From Histomonas meleagridis 2922-C6/04-290x (taxonomy: Eukaryota > Protista > Parabasalia), in contig JAANOX010000203.1 of assembly GCA_020184695.1 (NCBI GenBank), positions 30,986-94,985 on the forward strand: a stretch of DNA of 64,000 nt. The letters are read 5' to 3'. How positions within the stretch are numbered: the stretch's first letter is position 1; each line of letters begins with the position of its first letter. The notes beneath the pieces were generated by a model. It searched no databases. It worked only from the letters and a program-made list of their open reading frames with translations, and was not told the origin of the DNA. The translations under genes and the position numbers were made by a program. Positions 33,194 through 43,746 of the stretch are shown here, in pieces.

Positions 33194-34406
33194 TTATTGA
33201 ACTAATCTTTGAAGATAACCTTTCTTAATATATCTTTTTGCAGAAGAAGCTGTATAGTATAACGAATTTATCATTTCTATGTTATCATCTTCATAACCAA
33301 GATCAGCGAAGAAATCTACGCATTTATATCTACCATATAGATATGCATAATTCATTGGAGTCATAAAATTTTCAAATAAATATCTGAATCATCTGGTATT
33401 GAAGGATCACCACCATAATCATAAAGTAATTCAACACTATCTATTTTTCCATTCTTTGCTGCATAATGCATAGCTGTCTTTCCTGAAAAATCAGGTTCAT
33501 TAACAAATGATCCTGCATCGAGTAAGAATGTCATCATATCCATGGAATTCTTGATAACAGCATAATGAAGTGGATAATACCCTTTCAGAAAATATAAAAT
33601 AAATATTGTCTTGAAAATGTAAACATTCCATATCACTATTAACCATGATCTTCACTAATTCTAATTGATTCATATTGACTGCTTCATGGATTGGATATAA
33701 TCCATTTTTATCTTGAATTTGTTCTATCTCACTATCACAAAGCCATTTTAACAATTCACTATTGTTATTTAGTACAGCTTGATGAAAGATTGTTGTATAA
33801 AAATAGGAAAAAACTCCAAAAAAATTTAATAAACATTATCATCATATTGATTTGGATCAATTCCTGTTCGAATTATGAAATCTAACATACTTAAATTTCC
33901 TTTTTTAGCTGCTAAATGAAGTGGACGTATTCCATTATAATTGAAATGATTGGTATTCCCGCCATTTGCCCATATATATTTACATACAGGAAGATTGTTA
34001 TGTTTAATGGCATAATATAATGGTGTACGATTTTTATTATCTTCAAAAAACATATCATAGCCTAATGTACAAAGAAAAGTAAACAATTGTATATCACTTC
34101 CTCGCGCTGCATAATGTAGGAGTGATTGAAATAAAATGAAAGAACGCCATGATCATCAACATGTTGTATATCTGAATGATTTCCTAGAAGATACATAGTA
34201 CACTTGAAAGCATTAAAATAAACCACTAAGTCTATGAGATATGGATTGAACTTCAGAAACTTTAATGAAGGATCTGATTTTGGATCAATTAAGATCAAAT
34301 TTGGCTCAAAGTATTCTTTCAATATTTTCTTAAATTTTTTAACATTGTCGTTGTGCATTGATTGGATTAACTCGTTGGCATTCTCGATATTGATTCTTTT
34401 GCTCAT
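33194..34406 (-). CDS. Ankyrin-repeat gene with four short frame-breaking inserts at repeat hairpins
   Basis: ATG at 34406; removing 34129-34145, 35 nt within 33797-33834, 33586-33604 and 33365-33381 gives about 374 aa with no stops, ending ...LQRLVQ* at 33194. Confidence 0.78.
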
Positions 34407-34855
34407 TTTGAAATAAATGGTGAACTGTTGAACATGAAGGAAACTCAACAGAAAATTGAATTCAAAATTTCTTTTTTTCAATTGTTTATTCGTTAGATGG
34501 CTACAAATTTTTGAATGATTGGTCAGTGGGTTCTTTAAGTGATCTTGTATCTTGATAACATCAATTTAATAAATAATTTTGTTAATGAAGGAGTCAATCA
34601 GAATGAAAATGTGAGAAATGCATTCAATAATTTGCATTATTTTTTGGATCAATTTAATGACTTTGTTAGAAAAAAGAAAGGACATCAAACCCATGCCACA
34701 AAGTATAAAATAAACAAAACTTTAATTTGCTAAAATCTTATCGAAACAAGTTTCATCATTGAACAATTTGTAAAACAACGACCGTTAAAAACTTGAACAT
34801 GCTTAAAAATTAATTCATAGCTTTACTTGCCCTACATGGTGAGCTAAATTGATCA

Positions 34856-36108
34856 ATGATAACTAAAGCATCAACATATGATAAATGGTTCATTGATTCA
34901 AATCAGTTCCTACAATTTGCTGTACATCTGAAAGATCCATCTTATGTAGGTCCAGTTGTTGATAAATTTAAAAAGTTAGCAATTGGCACAAGATTGAAAT
35001 TAGATGGCGATAACTTTATTCCCCATGAACAATCGCCAGAGGTATATAGATTGCCAGATGGTTTTAAAAATTTAAGGGAAGCTTCTTTATATATGGAAAT
35101 ACATTACACGCCTGAAACTAGTCGAACACTGGCCACAATTGGTGCCAACAGCGACACTGTTGTTCTTAACTCACATCATTCCATAAGTGATGGTGGTTGT
35201 TTACTTAATATGTTTAATACCATAAGTGATAATCTTTATTTTGATATTCCTTCACGTTACATAATGGTGTTGAAATCTTCCAAGAAGAATTTTCCAAATC
35301 CACATTAATTCCAGTTAATGATGTTAACAATTCAACATTAACACGATTCTTTAGCAAAGACCCTACGTTTCTAACCTCATATCCATTTTTCCATCGCACC
35401 TATGATAAGTCAAATCTTGAATCTCTTCAATGTTATGATGAAACCCTAAAACGTCCAACTGGTTTATCTGATTCATTGTATGCCCAATTGATATTAACAG
35501 CATCCGCATATGAAGGCCGCTTCAAAGAAGTCGGCGTCAAAACGATAATGAATTTGCGACCGTTTATGAAGGGCACCCCGACTTTTGAAAACGGTTGTGT
35601 GATGTCGATAGTTCCCATCACAGCAAATGTTACATTAAAATCAACAGTCAAAGAGCTCATGAAGCAAACACGTGAATGTTATAATAATCATTTGAAACTT
35701 AAAACATATTATGGATTTCTGAAATCACTTAACATTCAGCCTGATTTAAATAACCAGGTTCCGGGGATAATGATGTTGCTTACTAACATTGGGCAATTTA
35801 AGCTTGGAGGACCTTTCGATGATGTATGGATTCAATGCTCATCGACAAATCAGGGAATTTCTAAGCAACTAACTTTGGTACACTTCGGAATTAGCGGTGA
35901 AGGTAAAAACGAAACGGTAAGCGAAATTATGTACACGCCAAACCAAATTAGTTTACGAGAGGCAAATTTGTTCTCCAAGTCAATTCACTTCGGATTAGAA
36001 AACATTAAACTAAGCGATACTATTGAAGTAGCGCTCGACAAAATGAGAATGTTCCAAAATAATTATATGAAAAATGAATATCCAAAATTTTTAATAAATA
36101 AAAACTAA
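34856..36108 (+). pseudogene. CoA-dependent acyltransferase/condensation-like protein (HHxxxDG), two frameshifts
   Basis: NSHHSISDGG motif; frames rejoin after single-base shifts near 35257 and 35398; C-terminal NLRPF and TNIGQF motifs. Confidence 0.6.
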
Positions 36109-36340
36109 TTTAATAGAATACATAATGTTTACGTTTTCTTTGGAACAAATTTATTGTGTTGTATTGAGATAATAATTAAATCAAAAAGTTGTATTTAATC
36201 TGAAAAACTCTGGAAATAGTTTTTTTTTAGGGTTAAAGTTATTAGCTATTATATTACCATTGATATATTTAATAAACAAAAAATAATGTTTGATATGTTG
36301 TTTATTGAAAGCAAATTAATAAGTGTCTTATGTCATAAGC

Positions 36341-36418
36341 TTACCTGGCCTTAGCCCTCATTTGCCTCCTCTTTCTTTTGAGTCTCCGCATTCTTTTCTT
36401 CAACCACTTTCCACGCAT
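36341..36418 (-). CDS. RPL41: Ribosomal protein eL41
   Basis: Hand translation [25 protein letters not shown], matching the eL41 consensus [21 protein letters not shown]; below the ORF-track length cutoff. Confidence 0.95.
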   Translation of the reverse strand: [25 protein letters not shown]

Positions 36419-36425
36419 TCTTACT

Positions 36426-36454
36426 AAAGGACGACCAAACCGGCAATAACCGCA
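36426..36454 (-). promoter_or_regulatory. Trichomonad-type M3 plus M5 core promoter of RPL41
   Basis: Minus strand TGCGGTTA (M3 consensus) at 36447-36454 and CCTTT (M5) at 36426-36430, 7 nt before the ATG; this pairing is described for T. vaginalis ribosomal protein genes. Confidence 0.65.
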
Positions 36455-36763
36455 GTAAATTGGGAAATATATAAACTACACAATATTTTCTGGCACCCCC
36501 TTAGTGTAAACGTTCGCGTCGATAATTAAAAGAAACGATATATTTTTTCACTTGACAACGACAAGATTCTTCTGTTAAAAACGATTCTTCATCATTGAAT
36601 TTTGCAAGCTTGCAATTATTTTTCGATGATAAGTGTTAATATTAATCATATTAGCACTTATAATTATAACAGCAAAGGAGGCAAAAGTTCTAGAAGTCAA
36701 ACTATCGAGCAGAAATGCTTACTTCACTCGAAAAATATATAAATAATTTTATTCATCATTATT

Positions 36764-36964
36764 AACAAAAATGGCAATGTTGAAATAGTTAAATTGATTC
36801 TTACACAAAAAGGATTTGATTTAAGTTCTAAAGAAATTTTTTTGTTGCAAATGAAATTTATTGAAAATATTTTATAGAATTTATAATCTTTACTTCAAGC
36901 AGGACTTATAATGGCATAGAAGGAAGGCTTTACAGAAATAGCTAAACTTCATAATGAAGCATGA
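36764..36964 (+). pseudogene. Orphan ankyrin-repeat remnant with a 63-nt spacer
   Basis: NKNGNVEIVKLILTQKGFDLSSKE, then a U-rich spacer 36836-36898, then AGLIMA*KEGFTEIAKL. Confidence 0.6.
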
Positions 36965-37090
36965 ATATGAAAATTAAACAATTTATTGATCAATAAAAAT
37001 TATTTTTCAATTATAACAACTCCAAAAATTGAAAAAATTAATTTATAAATTTTTTTATGCTTAAAAATAAAAATGTATTTCTATTTTTGT

Positions 37091-38356
37091 TTATAATGGT
37101 TCATCTGATGCATCTCCAGATGAAGATGATTGCTCTAAGCAATCAAAATGATTCTGTTCGTTTTGTTTTGCAGAATTTTGTGTTTCCAAATCTGTCGACA
37201 AAAGGCGCTCAAACAAATCATCCGAATGTTGTTGTTGCTGCTGTACAACAGATGGATGTGGGGTGTGACTGGACACATTCAGTGGCGGAAGATTAAACAA
37301 GTCATATGTTTGTGTCTCATTGTCAACTTTAAGTATTTCAGCATGTTGAAAATTATGCCTACTTCTCCTTTTATGCCGACGTGACTCATTCTTCTTTATA
37401 TACTCACGCATGAAATCACATTCAATGATTTGATCCAAGCTATTAAATAGATCCTTAATCGATGAAATTTTAAAATCAAACTCAGGCGGTTTGACGATAG
37501 ATGTAACCTTCTCAAAAATATTAAAGCGCTCGAGAACAAATGTAATAGCAAGCTCAAGCCATTCATCATCACGTATATCACTGTGACCACCATGGAACGA
37601 AATAAGGTATTTGATAGGACTAATGCAATTTTGGAAAAGTTCGATGCCATGGAAAAAAGGAATAAATTCGTCTGTTTCACTGTGCCCAAAAATAGTTGGA
37701 CAATCAAGAATTTTAACAGACTCAATTGGAGAATATGATGGATCAAAATTTGTGTTATTATGAATGAAAAACTCTGCAGCAGGTACAAATTCGGATGGAA
37801 GATTGAATTCTTCTGAGTAGTGCTGAAGTAGGTCAGTTATTGAGGAATATGATGAATCTGATACTTTTCCAACAATAAGTGAACTGCTTGCTAGAAGTAT
37901 AGATGCAGCACCAAAAGATCTCCCCCAAATTACAAATGGCCCTAAGTTATAAGAACTTTGGAGAAAATCAATGGAATCCTCAATTATTTTCTTTTCTTCA
38001 GAACCATATGAAATATACCCACTCTTAGAATAACAGTATTGCATTTCAATACAAAATAGATAAATGTCATGATTACAAATATTTTGCATAAGATATTGTC
38101 CTTCTAATTGATTCGAACAAATTCCATGAACATAAAAAAGACATGGACCTCCATCATTTGGTCCTTTTTTAGATGTGTGATACAATGATCCAATAATTTG
38201 TCTTTTATCTTTGGTTTGGGAATTTATGTTATGTCTTAAAAAAGTTTTTGTTTTGTCTCCATCAAAACGAAGTGGTATTTCATCTGGGTTGCATTTTCTT
38301 TGAGGTGGTTTTAATATAGCTGTGAGAATTTTTTGAGGAATTTGTTCTTGCTTCAT
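37091..38356 (-). CDS. Alpha/beta-hydrolase
   Basis: FYVHG, nucleophile motif WGRSFGA, HSETDEFIP and HGGH. Confidence 0.8.
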   Translation of the reverse strand: MKQEQIPQKILTAILKPPQRKCNPDEIPLRFDGDKTKTFLRHNINSQTKDKRQIIGSLYHTSKKGPNDGGPCLFYVHGICSNQLEGQYLMQNICNHDIYLFCIEMQYCYSKSGYISYGSEEKKIIEDSIDFLQSSYNLGPFVIWGRSFGAASILLASSSLIVGKVSDSSYSSITDLLQHYSEEFNLPSEFVPAAEFFIHNNTNFDPSYSPIESVKILDCPTIFGHSETDEFIPFFHGIELFQNCISPIKYLISFHGGHSDIRDDEWLELAITFVLERFNIFEKVTSIVKPPEFDFKISSIKDLFNSLDQIIECDFMREYIKKNESRRHKRRSRHNFQHAEILKVDNETQTYDLFNLPPLNVSSHTPHPSVVQQQQQHSDDLFERLLSTDLETQNSAKQNEQNHFDCLEQSSSSGDASDEPL

Positions 38357-38428
38357 GTTGTTCTGAAGACGTTTATTAATTTTCTGAAGTTTATTTCATA
38401 AAGTGCCATCTTCCAATAAAATCAAAAA

Positions 38429-38632
38429 ATGTCTGCTGGAAATATCGAATGTCACATATTTCAAGAACCTAAGAATGAGGCTTTAATGAAAGGACTCGAT
38501 CTATTCCTGAGCCAGGACAAAAATTCTATACAGGAATTGGAAAAATTAATTGAAGTAACAAATGTTGTAGATAATCAAAGATCAGGGCACCAAAGCAACA
38601 AAGCCAAAAAAGACAAAAGGCAAAGACGCTAA
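38429..38632 (+). CDS. Small hypothetical protein
   Basis: 67-aa ORF with coding-like composition, head-to-head with the hydrolase; no family recognised. Confidence 0.3.
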   Translation: MSAGNIECHIFQEPKNEALMKGLDLFLSQDKNSIQELEKLIEVTNVVDNQRSGHQSNKAKKDKRQRR

Positions 38633-38858
38633 AATCATAGGAATTAAATTTCAAAAAAAAAAAAAGATTATTTCAATTTTTCAAAAAATAAATTCACACA
38701 TCTCTTGTTCAATTTAGAGAACTTACATTAAACAATTTTTCGAGAACTTAGTTTTTTCTTGTATAAAATTCGGAAAATAAGCCATGATTTGTTTACAAAA
38801 AATTGACTATAAAATTGAATTAAAAAGATCGTTTACATTCAAAAAGTTACTGTTGAAT

Positions 38859-39449
38859 TCAACAGCATTTCCTTTCTTCGTTTGGTTTTTCTCCATTTAT
38901 ATCAACATTTTTTTCCTTCTTCTCTTCGGCATATTTTGAATCTGGTTTTTGTAAAGCACTTTCAGCAATTGCATCAAAAAGTTCGTTTACACCATATCCG
39001 ATTTTTGAACTTACTTGGAAGTAGCTGCAGCCCAAGGATTTCGCTTTTTCTTCAGCTTCTTCAAATGAAATCAAATTTTCTAATTCGTATTTGAGACCAA
39101 CTAAAAAGCAAATATAACTATTTTTGACATGCTCTTTTACCTTTTCGTACCAGTTATCAACATGAACAAAAGAACCTACGTCATTAAGAGCGAAACATAT
39201 GAGGACTATTTGAGAATCTCTATAATAAATTGGCATCAAGGATTGAAAGCTATAATTTCCTGAAGTATCCCAAAGGTGTAGATCAATTATTTGTCCTTGA
39301 CATTCGACTTTTTTTGATGAATAATTTGCAGCAATTGTTGGCATATAGTCCTCATGAAATATATTTGTGACGGCGAAGTTAATTAGGCATGTTTTCCCAA
39401 CTCCTGCATCGCCAATGGTAATGACTTTAAGCGAGATTTCGTCAGCCAT
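38859..39449 (-). CDS. Rab-family small GTPase (divergent)
   Basis: GDAGVGKT, WDTSG, YYRDS, VSSK, C-terminal CC. Confidence 0.9.
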   Translation of the reverse strand: MADEISLKVITIGDAGVGKTCLINFAVTNIFHEDYMPTIAANYSSKKVECQGQIIDLHLWDTSGNYSFQSLMPIYYRDSQIVLICFALNDVGSFVHVDNWYEKVKEHVKNSYICFLVGLKYELENLISFEEAEEKAKSLGCSYFQVSSKIGYGVNELFDAIAESALQKPDSKYAEEKKEKNVDINGEKPNEERKCC

Positions 39450-39628
39450 TGTATTTGGTCCTCAAGTGATAACACTTTTTAAAAAATTTACTTTTTCAAC
39501 AACCTTTAAATTTTTGTCAAAAAAAAAAAAAAAAATTAACGGACAAGTCATTGCAGGGGGGGTCTGTCATTACAACAGGGTACCCTGTTCAAATTGACAA
39601 GCTATGTTTGAACAAAACGTTTTGCTTC

Positions 39629-40264
39629 ATGAAAAAAAGAACGAAATCTACAAATGAAAAAATAGTAACTCAAATTAATACTGAAGAACCCACAACAACT
39701 ATCTCTCTTCCGCAGCAAAAACCAAAGCAAAAACAAGCTGCAAACACAATAAATGTTATATCAGATACGGCTAAAATTGATAAACAAGAATCATCTAAAG
39801 AGCTAAAATCCATGTTATTAAAGAACAAAGAAGATTCACTTGACGCTAGGGTTATAACACTTGATTCAAAAACTGCAGGTTGGAGAAAAATCGAATTTTC
39901 ACTTGATCATCAGATGCCTATATGCAAAGACTACCATGACACAGGATATTGTACTTTTGGGGCAGCATGTAAATTTCTTCATACAAGAGATGATGTTTCT
40001 TCTTCAGAACAATATGAAAGAAAACTTGCACTCAAAGCACTACAAGAGAAGGGATATTTAGAGGCAAAACCAATACCACAACTAGAGATATGTCAAATCT
40101 GTAAAAAGTATTATACAGATCCAGTCATCACAAAATGCAAGCATAAGTTTTGTAGCAAGTGCGCAATAGAAAGATACAGAAGTGATCCAACATGTGCCAT
40201 ATGTGGGAAGAACACCGACGGTATTTTTAATTCTGTTCCAAAAACTAAACAGGTAGATGATTAA
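39629..40264 (+). CDS. CWC24: CWC24/RNF113A-like CCCH plus RING splicing factor
   Basis: ICKDYHDTGYCTFGAACKFLHTRDD and C-terminal RING CQICKK...CKHKFCSKC...CAIC; first in-frame ATG at 39629. Confidence 0.85.
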   Translation: MKKRTKSTNEKIVTQINTEEPTTTISLPQQKPKQKQAANTINVISDTAKIDKQESSKELKSMLLKNKEDSLDARVITLDSKTAGWRKIEFSLDHQMPICKDYHDTGYCTFGAACKFLHTRDDVSSSEQYERKLALKALQEKGYLEAKPIPQLEICQICKKYYTDPVITKCKHKFCSKCAIERYRSDPTCAICGKNTDGIFNSVPKTKQVDD

Positions 40265-40677
40265 ATTAAGAAAATGTTCACTCTCTTGAAGAACTCAATA
40301 GCACTAAAAGTCTACAGCACTGTATCTGGTAGAGAATGGGTTTTCACATAATAAATTTTGTAAACTATTCAAAATAAATATTTATTTTTTATTTACACTT
40401 TTAATAAGAAATTTGGACTTTAAAAGTCATGTGTTATGTTCTAAAATAACTTCAACTTTAATTTGGGTTTGTTAAAAACATGTTAAATTGAAGAAAAACA
40501 TGAGTAGTTCAGCATACTGAACATTTCTAAAGAATACATTACATGTATTCAACTCTTAATCAATTCACATTAAACAATATATGTGATATACTATTTTTTT
40601 TATATTATGTACATTTTTATTTGAAGATCTAATAATTTTGTACAAGGTCATGAAAATCGCTTGTGCACTCCTATAAA

Positions 40678-43044
40678 TCAAATCCATTGATCATTATCAT
40701 TAATAACATTTTCATCCATATTTTGGTCAAATTCTACAAATCTCGAGTCAACTGATGTTGTATGTTCTTGAATCGAACATGTTTTCGTTTGAGAATTTTT
40801 TTGATGTTGAATTACAAAATAAATAATTCCTACAATTAACAAAGCAGCTACAACTGCACCACAGATAATTCCAATCAATGCATTGGTAGATATCGATTCG
40901 TTGTTTCCGAGATGATTTTCAGTCATTGTATAGAAATTAGAATAAAATTGATACAGAGAAGTGTAATAGATGACTGTGTACTCATATGAAATAATGTTTG
41001 TTTGATAAGAATTATATAGTGAATGAATAATATGTATTGTGTAAACAGATACAGTTTGCGTAACAGAATATGAATTCTTCATAACAAAAGAATGTGAAAA
41101 TGCTACATCAATTGAGAGCGAATCAGAAAATACACTCGGCTGATTACATGTGCGACTTTGGATATATGAATTAGAGTTTGTAAATGTGTTTGATTGATTA
41201 TTTGTGTTACATTGAGTAAACATAATTGATTTGGTAAATGAATCAGAATTAGTAAATGAATCATATTGATTATATGTGTTACTCTGAGTTAATGTATTTG
41301 ATTTAGTAAATATATTTGATTTAGTAAATGTATTTGATTTAGTAAATATATTTGATTTAGTAAATATATTTGATTTAGTAAATATATTTGATTTAGTAAA
41401 TATATTTGATTTAGTAAATATATTTGATTTAGTAAATATATTTGATTTAGTAAATATATTGCTTTTAGTAAATGTAATAGAAAATGTATTCGATTGTGTA
41501 AATGTTTGTGTTGGCCAAGGACATTCTTCGTTCGTTGTTCCTTTGATTGCATTCAAATCTCCAAATGTGTCACTTGAATATGTTCCCTTAGTCATAATTG
41601 ATGTCGTTGCAATATCATTAAATGCATTTCTTGCGATCGTTGATGGTGGTGTTTCACCATAATAATAAATACATTGAAGTGATGAACATGATGAAAATGC
41701 ATAATAACCAATTGATTGAACATTTTCTCCAATAAAAATCGCTTCAATATGTTCACAAGATTGAAATGAAGAATCACCAATAGAAGTGATTGAATTTGGA
41801 ATATGAAATGTTTGTGATGAATTTCCAATTGGATATGTAATTAAGTTTGTAATATATTTATCATATAAAACTCCATCATTTTCATAATTAGAAAATCGTG
41901 AATTTTCTTCTGAAACTTTAATAAATTGAAGATTATCACAATTAAGAAATGGTTTTGATCCGATTGAAGAAATAGAACTCGGAATATAAATATATTTTAA
42001 ATTTCCACAATTTTGGAACATAAAATTTCCAAGTATCGTTAATCCTTCTTCTAAAATTACTGTTTCAAGATCAGTACATCCTTGAAATGCATTATCTCCA
42101 ATACTTGTAACTGATTTTGGTATTGTGATATTGATTAATGACTTGCAATTTGAGAATGCACTTTCTGATATTGTTTCCAAATTTGTCCCAAATTCAACAA
42201 TTTCTAATTTGGTGCATGAAATAAATGCACTTGATAAAATTGTTTTGACTGAATCTCCAATTTGCACTGTTAATAATTTAGTCCATATTTGGAATGCTCT
42301 TGATTTAATTTCTTCAACATCAGAAATTATAATATGTTCCGTTACATCTTTATAATCTACCGTAAATTCACTCGTTTGTGTAATTGTAAGTGTTTTTGTC
42401 GTAGAATCAAATGTTTGTAATGTATTGATGAAAAAGATTAAAAATAAAAATGAAATATTTCTTTTGTTTTTATTAGATATTTTTTTATGATAATAATATA
42501 AATTAAAATTGATGATTTTAAAAGAAAATAAAATATTAATAAATATAAACAATATATTACTTGATAATATTTTGTTTCTATTGTTAAAAATATTCAACAA
42601 ATTTTTCAAAGAAAGATTAAATTTTATGAATTTCATTTTATTTGTAATACATATTAATAATTTACTTTTTAAATCTGTTTGGAATTGAAATTGAATTTTT
42701 TTTTGAAGACCATCAAACAAATTTATCGAATTCTTAATGTTATATTTAGGACAATATAAATTACATGAAATAACACTGTTTAAATTGATGATCGTTTGTC
42801 CAAATTTTTGTGTTTTCAAAGAATCAAAAAATAAGATCTCATATTTTTTCAAATTTATCTTTTTATTCGAGAAACGATTAAAAGCATGGTTTTGTTGATA
42901 AAAAAACGTGGGTATATTTTGATTTTGTTGATGATGAAAGAATTGTTTTTTATAAATCGAGATTGAACTGTAAATTAAATAACACATGAATGGGAGCAAA
43001 TTGAACAATTTTACATTCATTCGAATAACATTGGTTGTTAGCAT
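40678..43044 (-). CDS. BspA-like LRR surface protein with S/T-rich stalk, TM helix and cytoplasmic tail (true start uncertain)
   Basis: TpLRR repeats (IGDNAFQGC, IGYYAFSSC), LQCIYYYG, EECPWPT, FTKSNI repeats, IGIICGAVVAALLIVGIIYF TM helix, tail ...DNDQWI*. Confidence 0.88.
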   Translation of the reverse strand: MLTTNVIRMNVKLFNLLPFMCYLIYSSISIYKKQFFHHQQNQNIPTFFYQQNHAFNRFSNKKINLKKYEILFFDSLKTQKFGQTIINLNSVISCNLYCPKYNIKNSINLFDGLQKKIQFQFQTDLKSKLLICITNKMKFIKFNLSLKNLLNIFNNRNKILSSNILFIFINILFSFKIINFNLYYYHKKISNKNKRNISFLFLIFFINTLQTFDSTTKTLTITQTSEFTVDYKDVTEHIIISDVEEIKSRAFQIWTKLLTVQIGDSVKTILSSAFISCTKLEIVEFGTNLETISESAFSNCKSLINITIPKSVTSIGDNAFQGCTDLETVILEEGLTILGNFMFQNCGNLKYIYIPSSISSIGSKPFLNCDNLQFIKVSEENSRFSNYENDGVLYDKYITNLITYPIGNSSQTFHIPNSITSIGDSSFQSCEHIEAIFIGENVQSIGYYAFSSCSSLQCIYYYGETPPSTIARNAFNDIATTSIMTKGTYSSDTFGDLNAIKGTTNEECPWPTQTFTQSNTFSITFTKSNIFTKSNIFTKSNIFTKSNIFTKSNIFTKSNIFTKSNIFTKSNTFTKSNIFTKSNTLTQSNTYNQYDSFTNSDSFTKSIMFTQCNTNNQSNTFTNSNSYIQSRTCNQPSVFSDSLSIDVAFSHSFVMKNSYSVTQTVSVYTIHIIHSLYNSYQTNIISYEYTVIYYTSLYQFYSNFYTMTENHLGNNESISTNALIGIICGAVVAALLIVGIIYFVIQHQKNSQTKTCSIQEHTTSVDSRFVEFDQNMDENVINDNDQWI
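41291..41470. repeat. 18-bp coding minisatellite (FTKSNI)x10
   Basis: Ten units of AAT(A/G)TATTTGATTTAGTA, the last imperfect. Confidence 0.92.
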
Positions 43045-43746
43045 TAATTTCGTTTCTTTGGAAGAAAAATGAACCCCCTCATTTTATGCAACGCAAGTTT
43101 TCATTGAAAATTGAGTGTTGCGTCAATGAGGATTGAAATGCTATGAAAAGTTATACTGAAATTTTTAACCCAAAACCGCTGGGACACCAGCACAGAAAAA
43201 CAACTTTCGGATATTAATCATTTCGTCATTTTGATGCAATAATTATAACTAAAGGTGAATATGAAGAAATATTTGATGGAATGATATGATCATAATTGGA
43301 ACATTACATACACATTCAGCTACAAAACATTTTCCCATAGTTATATGAAACGAAACACTCAATTTTCAATGATGTACTGATCTTAATTACATATCCAATT
43401 GGAAATTCATCACAAACATTTCATATTCCAAATTCAATCACTTCTATTGGTGATTCTTCATTTCAATCTTGTGAACATATTGAAGCGATTTTTATTGGAG
43501 AAAATGTTCAATCAATTGGTTATTATGCATTTTCATCATGTTCATCACTTCAATGTATTTATTATTATGGTGAAACACCACCATCAACGATCGCAAGAAA
43601 TGCATTTAATGATATTGCAACGACATCAATTATGACTAAGGGAACATATTCAAGTGACACATTTGGAGATTTGAATGCAATCAAAGGAACAACGAACGAA
43701 GAATGTCCTTGGCCAACACAAACATTTACACAATCGAATACATTTT
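41481..43746. repeat. 365-bp inverted duplication (41481-41845 versus 43382-43746)
   Basis: End-matched by eye; the ORF track gives identical 78-aa translations from both arms. Confidence 0.9.
43101..43372. repeat. 272-bp segment bounded by a 23-bp inverted repeat (possible MITE)
   Basis: TCATTGAAAATTGAGTGTTGCGT (43101-43123) versus ACGAAACACTCAATTTTCAATGA (43350-43372), 1 mismatch; no TSD seen. Confidence 0.45.

Noticed and set aside
33365-34145. Sequencing or homopolymer error as the cause of the ANK frame breaks
   Set aside because: The breaks are 17-80-nt inserts confined to one structural position in three genes. Errors may explain the 81- and 19-nt lengths but not the pattern.
36340-36348. 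CTTACCTGG resembling the U1 snRNA 5' end
   Set aside because: It is the antisense of the last RPL41 codons; no U1 stem-loops or Sm site recognised downstream.
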